From the IMG/VR virus record IMGVR_UViG_3300001687_001192: a DNA stretch of 64,000 bases. One strand, 5' to 3'. The position numbers and the translations under genes are program-made. The notes beneath the pieces were generated by a model. The model saw only the letters and a program-made list of their open reading frames with translations, was not told the origin of the DNA and ran no database searches. Origin of the DNA: a virus. Its lineage: Duplodnaviria > Heunggongvirae > Uroviricota > Caudoviricetes. This document shows, piece by piece, positions 43,810-53,063 of the stretch; positions within the stretch are counted from its first letter, which is position 1, and every line of letters begins with the position of its first letter.

Positions 43810-44243
43810 GGTTTATTTTATTAGTGATTGTGATGGCAATGACAGTTGGGTGTGCTACACTCAATAAAGATAATAATAGCGATAAAGATCGCATATGTTT
43901 AGAGCCTGGCAACTATCATTTTACTAATATTGCCTACGATCCTAAGATACCAAGTATTAATTCGTGTCCTAAAGATGTTATCACATGGGGGGACAAATGG
44001 GGAGCTACTGTAAAAATACCACCTGGGTCTGATATATTGTTGTGTGGTAATGTACACATAGGTGAGGAACACCGTAAAATACCCGAAAAAGCTGTTGCAG
44101 ATAACATCTATATGTCATTCAAGAACAGGCTCACAATGATTACCATGCCGGAACGCCTTGTAGGAGTTCTTATATTGCGCATGAGACTTGGCGGACACCA
44201 ATGCTTTTCTTTCTATCGTATAGAGGGAAGGAAGGCAAAGTGA
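43806..44243 (+). CDS. lipoprotein (MTVGCATL)
   Basis: ATGA overlap. Confidence 0.55.
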   Translation: MRFILLVIVMAMTVGCATLNKDNNSDKDRICLEPGNYHFTNIAYDPKIPSINSCPKDVITWGDKWGATVKIPPGSDILLCGNVHIGEEHRKIPEKAVADNIYMSFKNRLTMITMPERLVGVLILRMRLGGHQCFSFYRIEGRKAK

Positions 44244-44656
44244 TGTTCTTTAAGCTTGGAGAGAATGTGTGCTATAATCCAGAGTTCTTTAGGCTCGCTA
44301 AAGAAACCAAGTACAAACCCCAATGTCTCTACTGCCCTATAAAAGACCTCGGATGGTTTTTGAAGGCAGAAGGCCACATTGGGAAGGTTTTTGTTATCAG
44401 AAATATAGTTGTACGTGACGATAACCACATAGAGGTGTCGTTTGAAAACAAATCAGATAAAATAAGCGAGACTTTCGGCGTTATGCGCAGTGGTCAATTC
44501 GGACATTGGGAGGATGGTCCAGTTCTCTTGATTGCTCCTAATGAATGTATAGGTAAATCTTTAGAGACAGACAAACTGTGTCCAAAGGGTTGTGGAGTCG
44601 AGGGAATCTGGGTTAACCTTGGTCAGAGGTGTCCAAAGTGTGGCGAAGTGTACTAA
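44243..44656 (+). CDS. Cys-containing protein (C-terminal CPKGCG...CPKCGEVY)
   Basis: GTGATG overlap; AGGGAAGGAAGG RBS. Confidence 0.55.
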   Translation: MFFKLGENVCYNPEFFRLAKETKYKPQCLYCPIKDLGWFLKAEGHIGKVFVIRNIVVRDDNHIEVSFENKSDKISETFGVMRSGQFGHWEDGPVLLIAPNECIGKSLETDKLCPKGCGVEGIWVNLGQRCPKCGEVY

Positions 44657-44666
44657 AGGAGGAGAT

Positions 44667-44996
44667 ATGTTGGCGTTCGGTATAGTCACTATAGTAATCT
44701 TAGGGTTTACTATTATCTTCTTGACCTATATTGGTTTTAAGGAAAGCAACGCTACGGCAGCAGCTTTTATTTGTCCGTTAGCAATATCCACGGTGTTTGC
44801 CTCTTTAGCACTTGCTGGGATAACTATAGTGCCACTCGGAGTTTTATCCATCATATTTATGATACTTTTAATACTATTTCTCATAATTATGATCTTCTGG
44901 GCTGCTGCCTATGATAGCAGTGATGTAGCGATGGGTGGTATTATACTTTTATGTGTCTCAACTAATACTATTGTTTATTTAGGTTGTGTGTTATGA
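44667..44996 (+). CDS. membrane protein (3 TM)
   Basis: CTAAAGGAGGAGAT-ATG in track ORF 44592..44996. Confidence 0.5.
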   Translation: MLAFGIVTIVILGFTIIFLTYIGFKESNATAAAFICPLAISTVFASLALAGITIVPLGVLSIIFMILLILFLIIMIFWAAAYDSSDVAMGGIILLCVSTNTIVYLGCVL

Positions 44997-45649
44997 GAAT
45001 ATTTCTAGTTAGGCACGGAGAATCTATTAGTAACATAGATCATTCCGTGCATAAAGGATTTGCTGACCATGCTATACCCTTATCAGATAAAGGAGTTATA
45101 CAGGCAATTGAAGCTGGGAAAGTGATATGCGACTATCTTGATTCGTCTCTTGAGTTTGCAGATCCCTGCTGCCGTCTGTGGTGTAGTCCATATAAGCGAA
45201 CGAGACAAACGGCGGACGGCATTATGAAAAGTTGCGGGGAATTTATTATTGATAGAAAAGAACATGTGCTTTTATGTGAACAGCAATTTGGGCTGTTTGA
45301 TGGTCTTTCCAGAGAGGAGCGTGCTTCCTTATATCCGAATGAGTACGCTTTTTATTCCAAGTGTAAAGGATTTGAAGGCAAATTTTGGGCTAGGATGCCC
45401 TTGGGAGAGAGTAGATTCGACGTTGCTACTCGCGTACATCAAGCTTTTGGGACGTTCCACAGAGACCATGATAAACATGGAGTAGAAAATATTATTGTGG
45501 TATGTCATGGAGTTACACTTAGAGCATTTGTAATGATGTGGTGCCACCTTAGCCCTGAGTGGTTTGATGCTGAGCCCAATCCTAAAAACGGGGCGGTCAG
45601 ATTAATTTGGGACAGTGTAGATCAAGGATATTTAACAGATGGATCTTAA
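44993..45649 (+). CDS. histidine phosphatase superfamily (phosphoglycerate-mutase-like; RHGES motif)
   Basis: LVRHGES catalytic motif; ATGA overlap. Confidence 0.6.
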   Translation: MRIFLVRHGESISNIDHSVHKGFADHAIPLSDKGVIQAIEAGKVICDYLDSSLEFADPCCRLWCSPYKRTRQTADGIMKSCGEFIIDRKEHVLLCEQQFGLFDGLSREERASLYPNEYAFYSKCKGFEGKFWARMPLGESRFDVATRVHQAFGTFHRDHDKHGVENIIVVCHGVTLRAFVMMWCHLSPEWFDAEPNPKNGAVRLIWDSVDQGYLTDGS

Positions 45650-45767
45650 GAATGAATGGACTGAGGGATATAGCAGTGTAGATGATGAGGAAGAAGACAA
45701 TGAGTAGACCGAACGTCGTTTACTGATAGTTCCGGGCTGTTGTGTAGAGTCTAAAACACTTGCCACA

Positions 45768-46076
45768 GTGGGTTTGAAATTAGGCGACGAGGATATTTAT
45801 GAGAACGAAGTTGGACAGGCTGACTGCAAGCCCGAATGGGAGGTGTTAAAGTCGTGGGGAGATTATGTAAGTCCGCACTGCCCCAAGTTTCATAGACTAA
45901 TAGTTAAATTTTGCCCACATTGTGGAGCTAAAATGCCATCGATTAGACGTAGAGAGGAGCCAATGTCTCCCATTTGTGAAGTCGTAGATGGTGGATATTA
46001 TTGTAACACCTGCGATGAGCGCTTACACGGATGCAAGTGTTGGCCTTGTGAGGCACACTGGGAAGTAGACGAATAA
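45768..46076 (+). CDS. zinc-ribbon protein
   Basis: ORF with CxxC pairs. Confidence 0.5.
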   Translation: MGLKLGDEDIYENEVGQADCKPEWEVLKSWGDYVSPHCPKFHRLIVKFCPHCGAKMPSIRRREEPMSPICEVVDGGYYCNTCDERLHGCKCWPCEAHWEVDE

Positions 46077-46246
46077 AAAACGTGCGCGTGATAGAGTCGT
46101 GCGCGTGAACTCAGATTGCGCGGCGTTGCCGATTTCAGCGCCCCGAAAGTCGCCAATGATTGGTGCAAAAATAGGACAGAGTTTCCGAACCTACCCAGGT
46201 GTTCTGGGGTCGATAGGGAGCGACAGCCAGGTAAAGGAGAGTTATC

Positions 46247-46564
46247 ATGGCTATGCTGAGGATGAATGGACTCGCAACGATTATCGGGTCCAAAGAGTTG
46301 CCACATGAGGTAAAACAGCAAATCATGTCGGCCAGTGAAGGTAAAGCGAAAGCTATCCGCGTCGTCTTGAAAGATCATGAAGGCAACGAGATAGTTCTGA
46401 GAGGGAAACTGGAGCTATCCAGTAAAGGTTCTCTGATGGCTCGCTTTGCTAACGTTATCAAATCTTTTAAACTGGTGGAGGTCGATAGGCCGCAAGCCAA
46501 GGACAAGGAGGCCGAGGCAAAGGAGAGGGCGAAAACCCTCGCCAGAGAACTGACGAATCTCTAA
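46247..46564 (+). CDS. paralog E-1 (GKLELSSKGSLMARF ... FKLVEVD)
   Basis: AAAGGAGAGTTATC-ATG; conserved leader shared with 46691. Confidence 0.6.
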   Translation: MAMLRMNGLATIIGSKELPHEVKQQIMSASEGKAKAIRVVLKDHEGNEIVLRGKLELSSKGSLMARFANVIKSFKLVEVDRPQAKDKEAEAKERAKTLARELTNL

Positions 46565-46690
46565 CAACGAATCGCCCAATGGTCTGGGGCGTATATTAAA
46601 ATACCAGGCCGTGACTCATAGGTTACGCTCTGAACCTACCTACAAAGAAAATAGTGGGGTCGATAGGAGCAATGTCCAAAGGAGGACATC

Positions 46691-46999
46691 ATGGCTAGAT
46701 TGCAGGTTACTGGGTTTGTCACGATCGCGAAGAGTTCTGAGCTGAGTGACGAGGACAAGGCGAAGGTGCTCAAGGCTGCCGAAGGCAAGGTGAAAGCTGT
46801 CCGTGCGGTACTGGTGGACGCCGAGGGCAACGAAGTAGTGATTAGCGGCAAGCTGCAGCTGAGCAGCAAGGGGTCTCTGACCGCTCGCTTTGGCGCCAAG
46901 ATCGAGTCTTTCGAGCTGGTCGAGGTAGACGCCGAAAAGAGCAAGTCTGCTCCCAAGGCTGACAACCTTGCCAAGGAACTGCTAGGTCTCACCGACTAG
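46691..46999 (+). CDS. paralog E-2 (GKLQLSSKGSLTARF ... FELVEVD)
   Basis: AAAGGAGGACATC-ATG; conserved leader. Confidence 0.6.
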   Translation: MARLQVTGFVTIAKSSELSDEDKAKVLKAAEGKVKAVRAVLVDAEGNEVVISGKLQLSSKGSLTARFGAKIESFELVEVDAEKSKSAPKADNLAKELLGLTD

Positions 47000-47083
47000 T
47001 AATCCTTAATCCCACCAAGCAGTTACGCCTGGCCCTGGGGCGTGTCAAATACCAGGGCAACCGTCCCACCAAAAGGAGCTGCT

Positions 47084-47650
47084 ATGCATATCAATCATCT
47101 CTGGACTGAGAGCCGCCCCAATAATATCTCCACGCATATGATAGAAGTAGACGGACTTCCAACCATTGTTGAAGCTAGAGGGCTTGCCCTGCGACTGATA
47201 TCGGAGCTTAATCGGCGAGAGGAGAAAATAGGAGTCGCGGAATCCTGTACTGGTGGTTTAATCGGAAGCCTTATAACCGACATCCCCGGCAGCTCGTCGG
47301 TCTTTGAGATTGGTGTTGTTAGTTACTCGAATGATGCCAAGCATCGCTTACTCGGAGTGTCACGGCATATTCTAACTACTCGCGGCGCGGTCAGCGGCGA
47401 GTGCGTTCTATCGATGGCTAACGGAGTGCGGTTGTTATCTAAAGCTGAATATGGCGTCGCCGTCTCCGGGATAGCAGGACCTGGGGGAGCCACTGAGCAC
47501 AAGCCAGTTGGCACTGTGTTCTTTGGGTTTTCTAGTGTAGATACAAATGTATACACAGAGATCAAGTTCCGTTTAGAAAGGATCGATACCAAATTGGCGT
47601 CCGCGTGTGTGGCGCTATCACTGGCGTCGCATATGATTAAAGAAATATGA
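47084..47650 (+). CDS. CinA C-terminal domain / PncC-like NMN amidohydrolase
   Basis: AESCTGG ... TDIPGSS ... YSN ... GAVS ... SGIAGPGG motifs align with PncC; AAAAGGAGCTGCT-ATG. Confidence 0.7.
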   Translation: MHINHLWTESRPNNISTHMIEVDGLPTIVEARGLALRLISELNRREEKIGVAESCTGGLIGSLITDIPGSSSVFEIGVVSYSNDAKHRLLGVSRHILTTRGAVSGECVLSMANGVRLLSKAEYGVAVSGIAGPGGATEHKPVGTVFFGFSSVDTNVYTEIKFRLERIDTKLASACVALSLASHMIKEI

Positions 47651-47665
47651 GAGAAGGGAATTGAG

Positions 47666-48202
47666 ATGAGTGAAGCGTTTCGAGTCATAGGTAAAGATCT
47701 GGTGCGCAAAGTCTACAACGAGCTTCTAACTCCTGGCCGTCCGCTAGACTGGCGACGACAACTAGCGATTGATATTGAGACTTATATAGATACACTGCAC
47801 TATGACAATAAGGAGGCGGAAGCTAGTATAGAAAAGCTATCTAGAGAAATAGGAGAATTACATAAAGCTAATGTCCATGTGGCGGAAGAACAGACGCATG
47901 CGGTTGAAGACGCACTAAGAATATGTAAAGAGATGGAGGAAAAGTGGAGAAAAGCCGAGAACAAAGCTTATGAATTAGCGAGGCAATGGGCCAAACTTAA
48001 AGCATATGTATCAGAGCAATGTAACGATGTAGAGGGTAGGTGTAAAAGAGCGGAGGAGTCGGCAGTTTTCCCGGAATTCTTATTGGATAGAATGCGTGAA
48101 GAAATTAGTTCCTTACGTGATGTGCTGGATTGTATGAGCCTTATTGAGGAAGAAGGATGCGATCACCCGGCGCCATGCAATCTCGCATGTGAACCTTCGT
48201 GA
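47666..48202 (+). CDS. coiled-coil protein
   Basis: GAGAAGGGAATTGAG-ATG. Confidence 0.55.
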   Translation: MSEAFRVIGKDLVRKVYNELLTPGRPLDWRRQLAIDIETYIDTLHYDNKEAEASIEKLSREIGELHKANVHVAEEQTHAVEDALRICKEMEEKWRKAENKAYELARQWAKLKAYVSEQCNDVEGRCKRAEESAVFPEFLLDRMREEISSLRDVLDCMSLIEEEGCDHPAPCNLACEPS

Positions 48203-48470
48203 AGCCCATGACGATAACCTGGTATAACTATTGGACAACATCAGATTGTTCAACTTATAAGTACACGGGAGAGCTAGGAGATAACGGTGGAGGATATGTG
48301 TGATGTCGGTGTAGGATCCAACCTAGGACTTTTGCTTTCTACAGTCGTCTAGAAGACTTTCACAGACCCTCTGTATGTTCATTCTGGAAATCCCCTGACT
48401 GGAAAAGATCTCTGTTTTCTCGTATTGTAACTCTATTCTGGTCATATATGAAACGAATAAGGAGATAAAG

Positions 48471-48602
48471 ATGATAGGCAAGATCCTTTGTTTGCTTGGG
48501 TTTCACCACTATGAACTAGCTCGTCATTGTGTCTACATTTGCGGCCCGGATAAACTCCTTAGATGCACTCGCTGTGGCAGAGAGAAGTGGAGTCGCCCGT
48601 AA
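48471..48602 (+). CDS. small zinc-ribbon protein (43 aa)
   Basis: AATAAGGAGATAAAG-ATG in a 270-nt otherwise ORF-free spacer. Confidence 0.4.
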   Translation: MIGKILCLLGFHHYELARHCVYICGPDKLLRCTRCGREKWSRP

Positions 48603-48644
48603 GGGGAGACGAATGAAGATCCCTATAGAATATATGCGTAGAAA

Positions 48645-49280
48645 GTGCGAAGAATGAGGTATTCAGTAACTGTTGTAATGGATCTAATTGCGGAGGCGGT
48701 TAGACGTAAACGTGGTAGCATAAGTCTGCCAGACGAGACTCAAATTAGGTTGACGAGAACTTTACGGACTTTTTACCGCATGGGAGTAGTTTGCACTAGA
48801 TGCGGCCTTACTGGAACGGTTTTCCGTTCGGTATTACATGATGATAAAGTGCACCTCAACCTATTCGGCGACAAAAATGGGACGCAAGTACTCATGACTT
48901 GCGACCATATTATTCCGCAGTCGCACGGCGGCTCAAACAATTTCCACAATCTACAGGTCTTATGCTGCCAGTGTAACTGTGAAAAAGATAGCCAGTTTGA
49001 CCGGCGGTTGACTGAGAACGCATGGTACTCTTACAAGAGTATTAAAGACTATGTCTGCAACACCTTTAGTGAAACGTCCCAACGCCGTAGATTCTATAGG
49101 GAATTTAAACACATTCAGACGCGGGCCCGAGAGGTCCACAGCGAGAGCAAGCTGCTATGCGGCAGCGCTGACGAGATCCTTCAACTCCTATACTATATTA
49201 GAGAAAAGTACGGCTACGACATTCGTCTACGCCACCTAAAGAGAATTCCGGCACCGATAGGAGAATCATGTGCTTATTGA
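48645..49280 (+). CDS. HNH endonuclease
   Basis: CTRCG ... LMTCDHIIPQSHGGSNNFHNLQVLCCQCNCEK HNH motif. Confidence 0.75.
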   Translation: MRRMRYSVTVVMDLIAEAVRRKRGSISLPDETQIRLTRTLRTFYRMGVVCTRCGLTGTVFRSVLHDDKVHLNLFGDKNGTQVLMTCDHIIPQSHGGSNNFHNLQVLCCQCNCEKDSQFDRRLTENAWYSYKSIKDYVCNTFSETSQRRRFYREFKHIQTRAREVHSESKLLCGSADEILQLLYYIREKYGYDIRLRHLKRIPAPIGESCAY

Positions 49281-50577
49281 GACATCGTTGATATCCTCTG
49301 CTTATCCGAGCTGGGGAATTTTTGAGGGAGTTCGGGAAATATTTCAGAATATGAGAGACGGCCATTTGGAAGGCTACGATATGCATATTAATGTAGAGCC
49401 GGACGCAGTTACATTCTCAAACACTGGCGTCTCTCTTCCGCGAGAGGCTCTCTTGATAGGATATACGACGAAGGTCGATAAAGAAGACCAAGCCGGATGT
49501 TTTGGCGAAGGCCTAAAAATAGGATCGCTGGTGTTGGCTAGGTCTGGGAAGAACGTAAAGATTAGATTTGGCACGGAGATGTGGGTTCCAAAAATAGTCA
49601 AGAGTAACGTCTACAACGCCGAAGTTCTTGCCGTGGAGATTGTAGATGGCTTTGAAGATTACGGAGTGCTTAGCGTTGTCGTGCCGCTATCTCAAATGGA
49701 ATGGAATGAGCTAAAGTATAACTTTTTGACAGTCGTAGACTACGAGTCATTTCATTGTTCTAGTGGAGAAATTCTGACTGAACCTAGGTATAAGGGCAGA
49801 GTATATGTGAAAGATATATTCGTCCAAAAGATGGACAAGTTAGAATATGGCTACAATTTGCATAACGTAAAGACCGACCGCGATAGAAAAATGGTCGATG
49901 AGTGGGACGCGAAGAGGGCCGTCAGGAAAATTTGGGGGACTGCCTGCGAAGAGGGTCCACTTTTCTACCGTGCGTTTTGGAACATGTTGATGGACAACAA
50001 AAGAGATACTGACTTTTTTATGTATAGTTCAAGTGGGATCCCAGAGTGTGTTGCGAAACAAATAACCGACGACTTTCAGGATAAATACGGCGAAAATTCG
50101 TACCCAGTACTTTACGAGTCGGAGGTTAAAGATCTTAGTCATTTTGGTGGTAGAGGTGTGGTGGTCAGCTGTAACGCTCTAGTGCAAATTATCCAGACAG
50201 TTACTGGGGATACTGACGAAATTAAAAAGCAACTGGCGTCGTCAGTAAAATATGAGTATAAATCCAACGAGCTAGACGGAGTGGAAAAAGTTAACTTATT
50301 TAAAGTTGCATCACTGCTATCTAAGATATTAAATTGTCCAGACCTGCGATTCAAGATAGACATCGTGGACTTTAGCGCCTCTAATACATTAGGTCAGTAC
50401 AGAGGTGGCCGATACTTAATAGCCCGCAAGGTGCTGAGCAACTTGTCTGAGACTATGAAGACACTAATCCATGAGATAGCCCACGGGTGTGGGCGCGATG
50501 GCGAGAAATCACACGTTAGCAGTATAGAACAGATTTGGGCAAAATTGTTCGACTATAAAGATAGGAGGTCAAAATGA
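49270..50577 (+). CDS. hypothetical protein (435 aa) with C-terminal HEIAH motif
   Basis: overlaps HNH gene end. Confidence 0.65.
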   Translation: MLIETSLISSAYPSWGIFEGVREIFQNMRDGHLEGYDMHINVEPDAVTFSNTGVSLPREALLIGYTTKVDKEDQAGCFGEGLKIGSLVLARSGKNVKIRFGTEMWVPKIVKSNVYNAEVLAVEIVDGFEDYGVLSVVVPLSQMEWNELKYNFLTVVDYESFHCSSGEILTEPRYKGRVYVKDIFVQKMDKLEYGYNLHNVKTDRDRKMVDEWDAKRAVRKIWGTACEEGPLFYRAFWNMLMDNKRDTDFFMYSSSGIPECVAKQITDDFQDKYGENSYPVLYESEVKDLSHFGGRGVVVSCNALVQIIQTVTGDTDEIKKQLASSVKYEYKSNELDGVEKVNLFKVASLLSKILNCPDLRFKIDIVDFSASNTLGQYRGGRYLIARKVLSNLSETMKTLIHEIAHGCGRDGEKSHVSSIEQIWAKLFDYKDRRSK

Positions 50578-50933
50578 TCGGTGGAGTCTTATTTGGTGTT
50601 GGGTTCTTTGCATGGATGCTATCGATGAGGATAGCAGAGTCTAAGTCCTTAGAAGTTCTAAATATTTCTAAGCTCGCAAACATGTTTCATATATTGTTTA
50701 TAGCCGGGCTGGCGACGCTGGTAGTGGTACTTAGTGCGCCACATGGCAACAGAATAGGCTTTGAACATTTGTGGCTCGTACCACTTGCAGCGCCGGTATA
50801 CTATCTAGTATATGCCCTGTTTGCGAGAAAGCATCGAGAGTCGTGGGCAGAACTATTTAGAGTGGATAAATGGAATGGTTTGGTTCTAGCCACCTCTATA
50901 CTTGCCGTAACTACGGTTACTGTGTTTGTCTAA
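50574..50933 (+). CDS. membrane protein (4 TM)
   Basis: ATGA overlap. Confidence 0.5.
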   Translation: MIGGVLFGVGFFAWMLSMRIAESKSLEVLNISKLANMFHILFIAGLATLVVVLSAPHGNRIGFEHLWLVPLAAPVYYLVYALFARKHRESWAELFRVDKWNGLVLATSILAVTTVTVFV

Positions 50934-51220
50934 TGAAACAACGCACACTCGACGAATTGTTTGATAGTATCTTAGAACCATGTTTGAAACGCGACCTTGA
51001 TGCTGCATATGTAATAGAAAGGGTACTCCAAGAATTTCCCAGTTCCGAGGCAGGAACGCGCCGTCTTATAGAGACGCTTAAATCTGCTAAAGATATGGCT
51101 GCGGCATGTCATGGTGTTGTATCCATGCCAGTTAATTTGTTTGATGCAATAGTAAAAGTTGCTGAGGTCGCAGCAATATTAAATACATATAAATCTAAGA
51201 CGGATATTTGTGATTTATAG
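50933..51220 (+). CDS. hypothetical protein
   Basis: TAATG overlap. Confidence 0.5.
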   Translation: MKQRTLDELFDSILEPCLKRDLDAAYVIERVLQEFPSSEAGTRRLIETLKSAKDMAAACHGVVSMPVNLFDAIVKVAEVAAILNTYKSKTDICDL

Positions 51221-51316
51221 GTACCCGTAGCTCAGTCTGGTCTAGAGCCACTTGATCTTGGGGTCTGGGATCGCGACCCTTCTCAAGATGCGCAGGTTCA
51301 AATCCTGCCGGGTACT
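51221..51316 (+). tRNA. atypical tRNA, 96 nt: canonical acceptor (gtacccg/cgggtac), U8A9, D arm gctc-agtctggtcta-gagc, T arm gcagg-TTCAAAT-cctgc; 43-nt central region with stem cttga/tcaag enclosing hairpin gggtc-tgggatcgc-gaccc; anticodon not assignable
   Basis: arm-by-arm fold; starts immediately after stop codon. Confidence 0.55.
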
Positions 51317-51340
51317 CTATTTATTTTTAAGGAGAGAAAC

Positions 51341-51766
51341 ATGGACAAAAAAGAGAAGATTATAGAAATTATTAATGTTTTGGGAGATGAAGGTAGGGAC
51401 AAGATGGTTAGGGGACTCTTGGAACAATTCCATGCGATGGCTGTTAATGGTGACCCTACTATAGATGCCGATTTGTTGAAGAGGGTTTTGGACAAGTTTG
51501 CTGATTCTTTGCCGACAGTTTTATCCACTACAGAGGATCAAATTGTCGCTGTCTATGATCGTCACCTTTCAGAGACCGAGGTAGACGATTTGTTGAGTTT
51601 CTATAGATCCGAAAGTGGGATTAGCATTGTAGAGAAGCTACCTGTTGTCCAACTGGAGTCGTATTTGATTTACTCTGGTGCCGCGAGTCTTGCGTTCGAG
51701 AAAATTATGGATGAGGAGATAGCAGCTGGTCCGCAAGAAAAAAAAGGTGAGAAAGAGTGGAATTAA
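51341..51766 (+). CDS. hypothetical protein
   Basis: TTTTTAAGGAGAGAAAC-ATG. Confidence 0.6.
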   Translation: MDKKEKIIEIINVLGDEGRDKMVRGLLEQFHAMAVNGDPTIDADLLKRVLDKFADSLPTVLSTTEDQIVAVYDRHLSETEVDDLLSFYRSESGISIVEKLPVVQLESYLIYSGAASLAFEKIMDEEIAAGPQEKKGEKEWN

Positions 51767-51997
51767 ATGACCTGGAAACATCAAAGGAAGATACATATAG
51801 GCAATGAGGTGTGGTATTATGCCATTACTAAGACTGGCATTTCTAGGTGTCGTGATGTAGTAATTAAAAGTCCAGATGGTAAAGTTTACAGGTATAATGC
51901 TAGGAATGAAGCCATTACTCCATCGATAGTTAAAGAGTACATAGAAGGAGCAATTCTTGGCAAGTCAGAAATACATTCGAAAGGGAAGAAAATATAG
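51767..51997 (+). CDS. hypothetical protein
   Basis: TAAATGA overlap. Confidence 0.5.
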   Translation: MTWKHQRKIHIGNEVWYYAITKTGISRCRDVVIKSPDGKVYRYNARNEAITPSIVKEYIEGAILGKSEIHSKGKKI

Positions 51998-52364
51998 TCC
52001 AGATGAGGTACTCGTCCGTATTTATCCCGCCGGACGTTGGAAAAAGAAAATCGACCTCGATGGTGACATGGTCAAGATTACGTCCGATAGGCTTTTCATC
52101 TTTAAGAAAAGTCTTACCTGTGTTCGATGTGGCATTAAAGGTTCCTTTCTTGTTAAAGAAAGGTGTTCTGGACAACCGGCTTTCCATCTTAATCTATATG
52201 CAATAGACGACGACGGTAACGAGATATTAATGACCAAGGACCATATCGTTCCCAGGTCTAAGTTCGGTCCTGATCATATAAATAACTATCAGACAATGTG
52301 TCGTAAATGTAATGCAGAGAAAAAAGATGAATCAGAAACTAAGAGAGAAAGTAGTAGCGTATAA
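51957..52364 (+). CDS. HNH endonuclease (TTG start)
   Basis: CVRCG ... LMTKDHIVPRSKFGPDHINNYQTMCRKCNAEK; AGAAGGAGCAATTC-TTG. Confidence 0.7.
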   Translation: MASQKYIRKGRKYSPDEVLVRIYPAGRWKKKIDLDGDMVKITSDRLFIFKKSLTCVRCGIKGSFLVKERCSGQPAFHLNLYAIDDDGNEILMTKDHIVPRSKFGPDHINNYQTMCRKCNAEKKDESETKRESSSV

Positions 52365-52380
52365 GAATACATGGAAGGAG

Positions 52381-52473
52381 ATGAGTCTTGTTGAAAAGAT
52401 ATTCATGCTAGCCATGATAGTTGTCGGGACGGCCATGATCGTGTCGGGGGGGTCTATGGTATGTAACTCATGA
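52381..52473 (+). CDS. 30-aa hydrophobic peptide
   Basis: ATGGAAGGAG-ATG strong RBS. Confidence 0.35.
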   Translation: MSLVEKIFMLAMIVVGTAMIVSGGSMVCNS

Positions 52474-53063
52474 CATTATCAAAGGTTTATGGGTGGTTTG
52501 TCCTGATATTTTCTATCTCGATCTGTGTATTTCAAGGTCTGTGTGATATTAGTACTAAAGTGCAAAACACCAAAACGGCCAAACATAGGAAGTCTATTAT
52601 TTTTAGAGTAGATAGTTCTTTTACCAAAGCAGAACAAGAGGCGATTGCCCAGGCGCTATGGAACTGGGAACTTTCTAGCGGCGGGTATTTCCAGTTCGGT
52701 TTCTATGTAGATGATATAGGTTTAGGCGATGTCTTAACGTGGCAGGAAGATGGCATTATGACCATCTATGACGCCTCGTCATTTTTATCATGGAAGTTGT
52801 ATATTGGAAAGACCCTTCTAACTGTTTCTGGTACGATAGGGCTAGCAATGCTATATCCAGGGGACATATTCATCTTTTCTACCGTTTTACATGGAAGACA
52901 GATGGAACAGTTAGTAGTACATGAAGTGGGCCATTTGTTGGGAGTGCCGCATTCCAGCGATCCTAAAAGTGTCATGCATGGCAAGTTATTCGACCCACGT
53001 ACAGTGTCGCTCCAAGGATATGATATCGAAACGGCAAAGAAACTTCACGAGTCTTTCAAATGA
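52470..53063 (+). CDS. metzincin-type zinc metalloprotease (HEVGHLLGVPHS ... Met-turn SVMHG) with signal peptide
   Basis: HExxHxxGxxH + downstream Met. Confidence 0.65.
   Translation: MTLSKVYGWFVLIFSISICVFQGLCDISTKVQNTKTAKHRKSIIFRVDSSFTKAEQEAIAQALWNWELSSGGYFQFGFYVDDIGLGDVLTWQEDGIMTIYDASSFLSWKLYIGKTLLTVSGTIGLAMLYPGDIFIFSTVLHGRQMEQLVVHEVGHLLGVPHSSDPKSVMHGKLFDPRTVSLQGYDIETAKKLHESFK

Noticed and set aside
46099-46308. ORFs 46099..46308 and 60849..61355 sharing the N-terminal MRVNS(D/E)xAALP(I/V)S
   Set aside because: The shared peptide is produced by the conserved DNA motif TCGTGCGCGTGAACTCAGA and its flanking hairpin, not by homologous proteins. The 46099 ORF overlaps the leader and start of gene 46247 in another frame. 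The gene at 60849 was re-called from the internal ATG at 60921.
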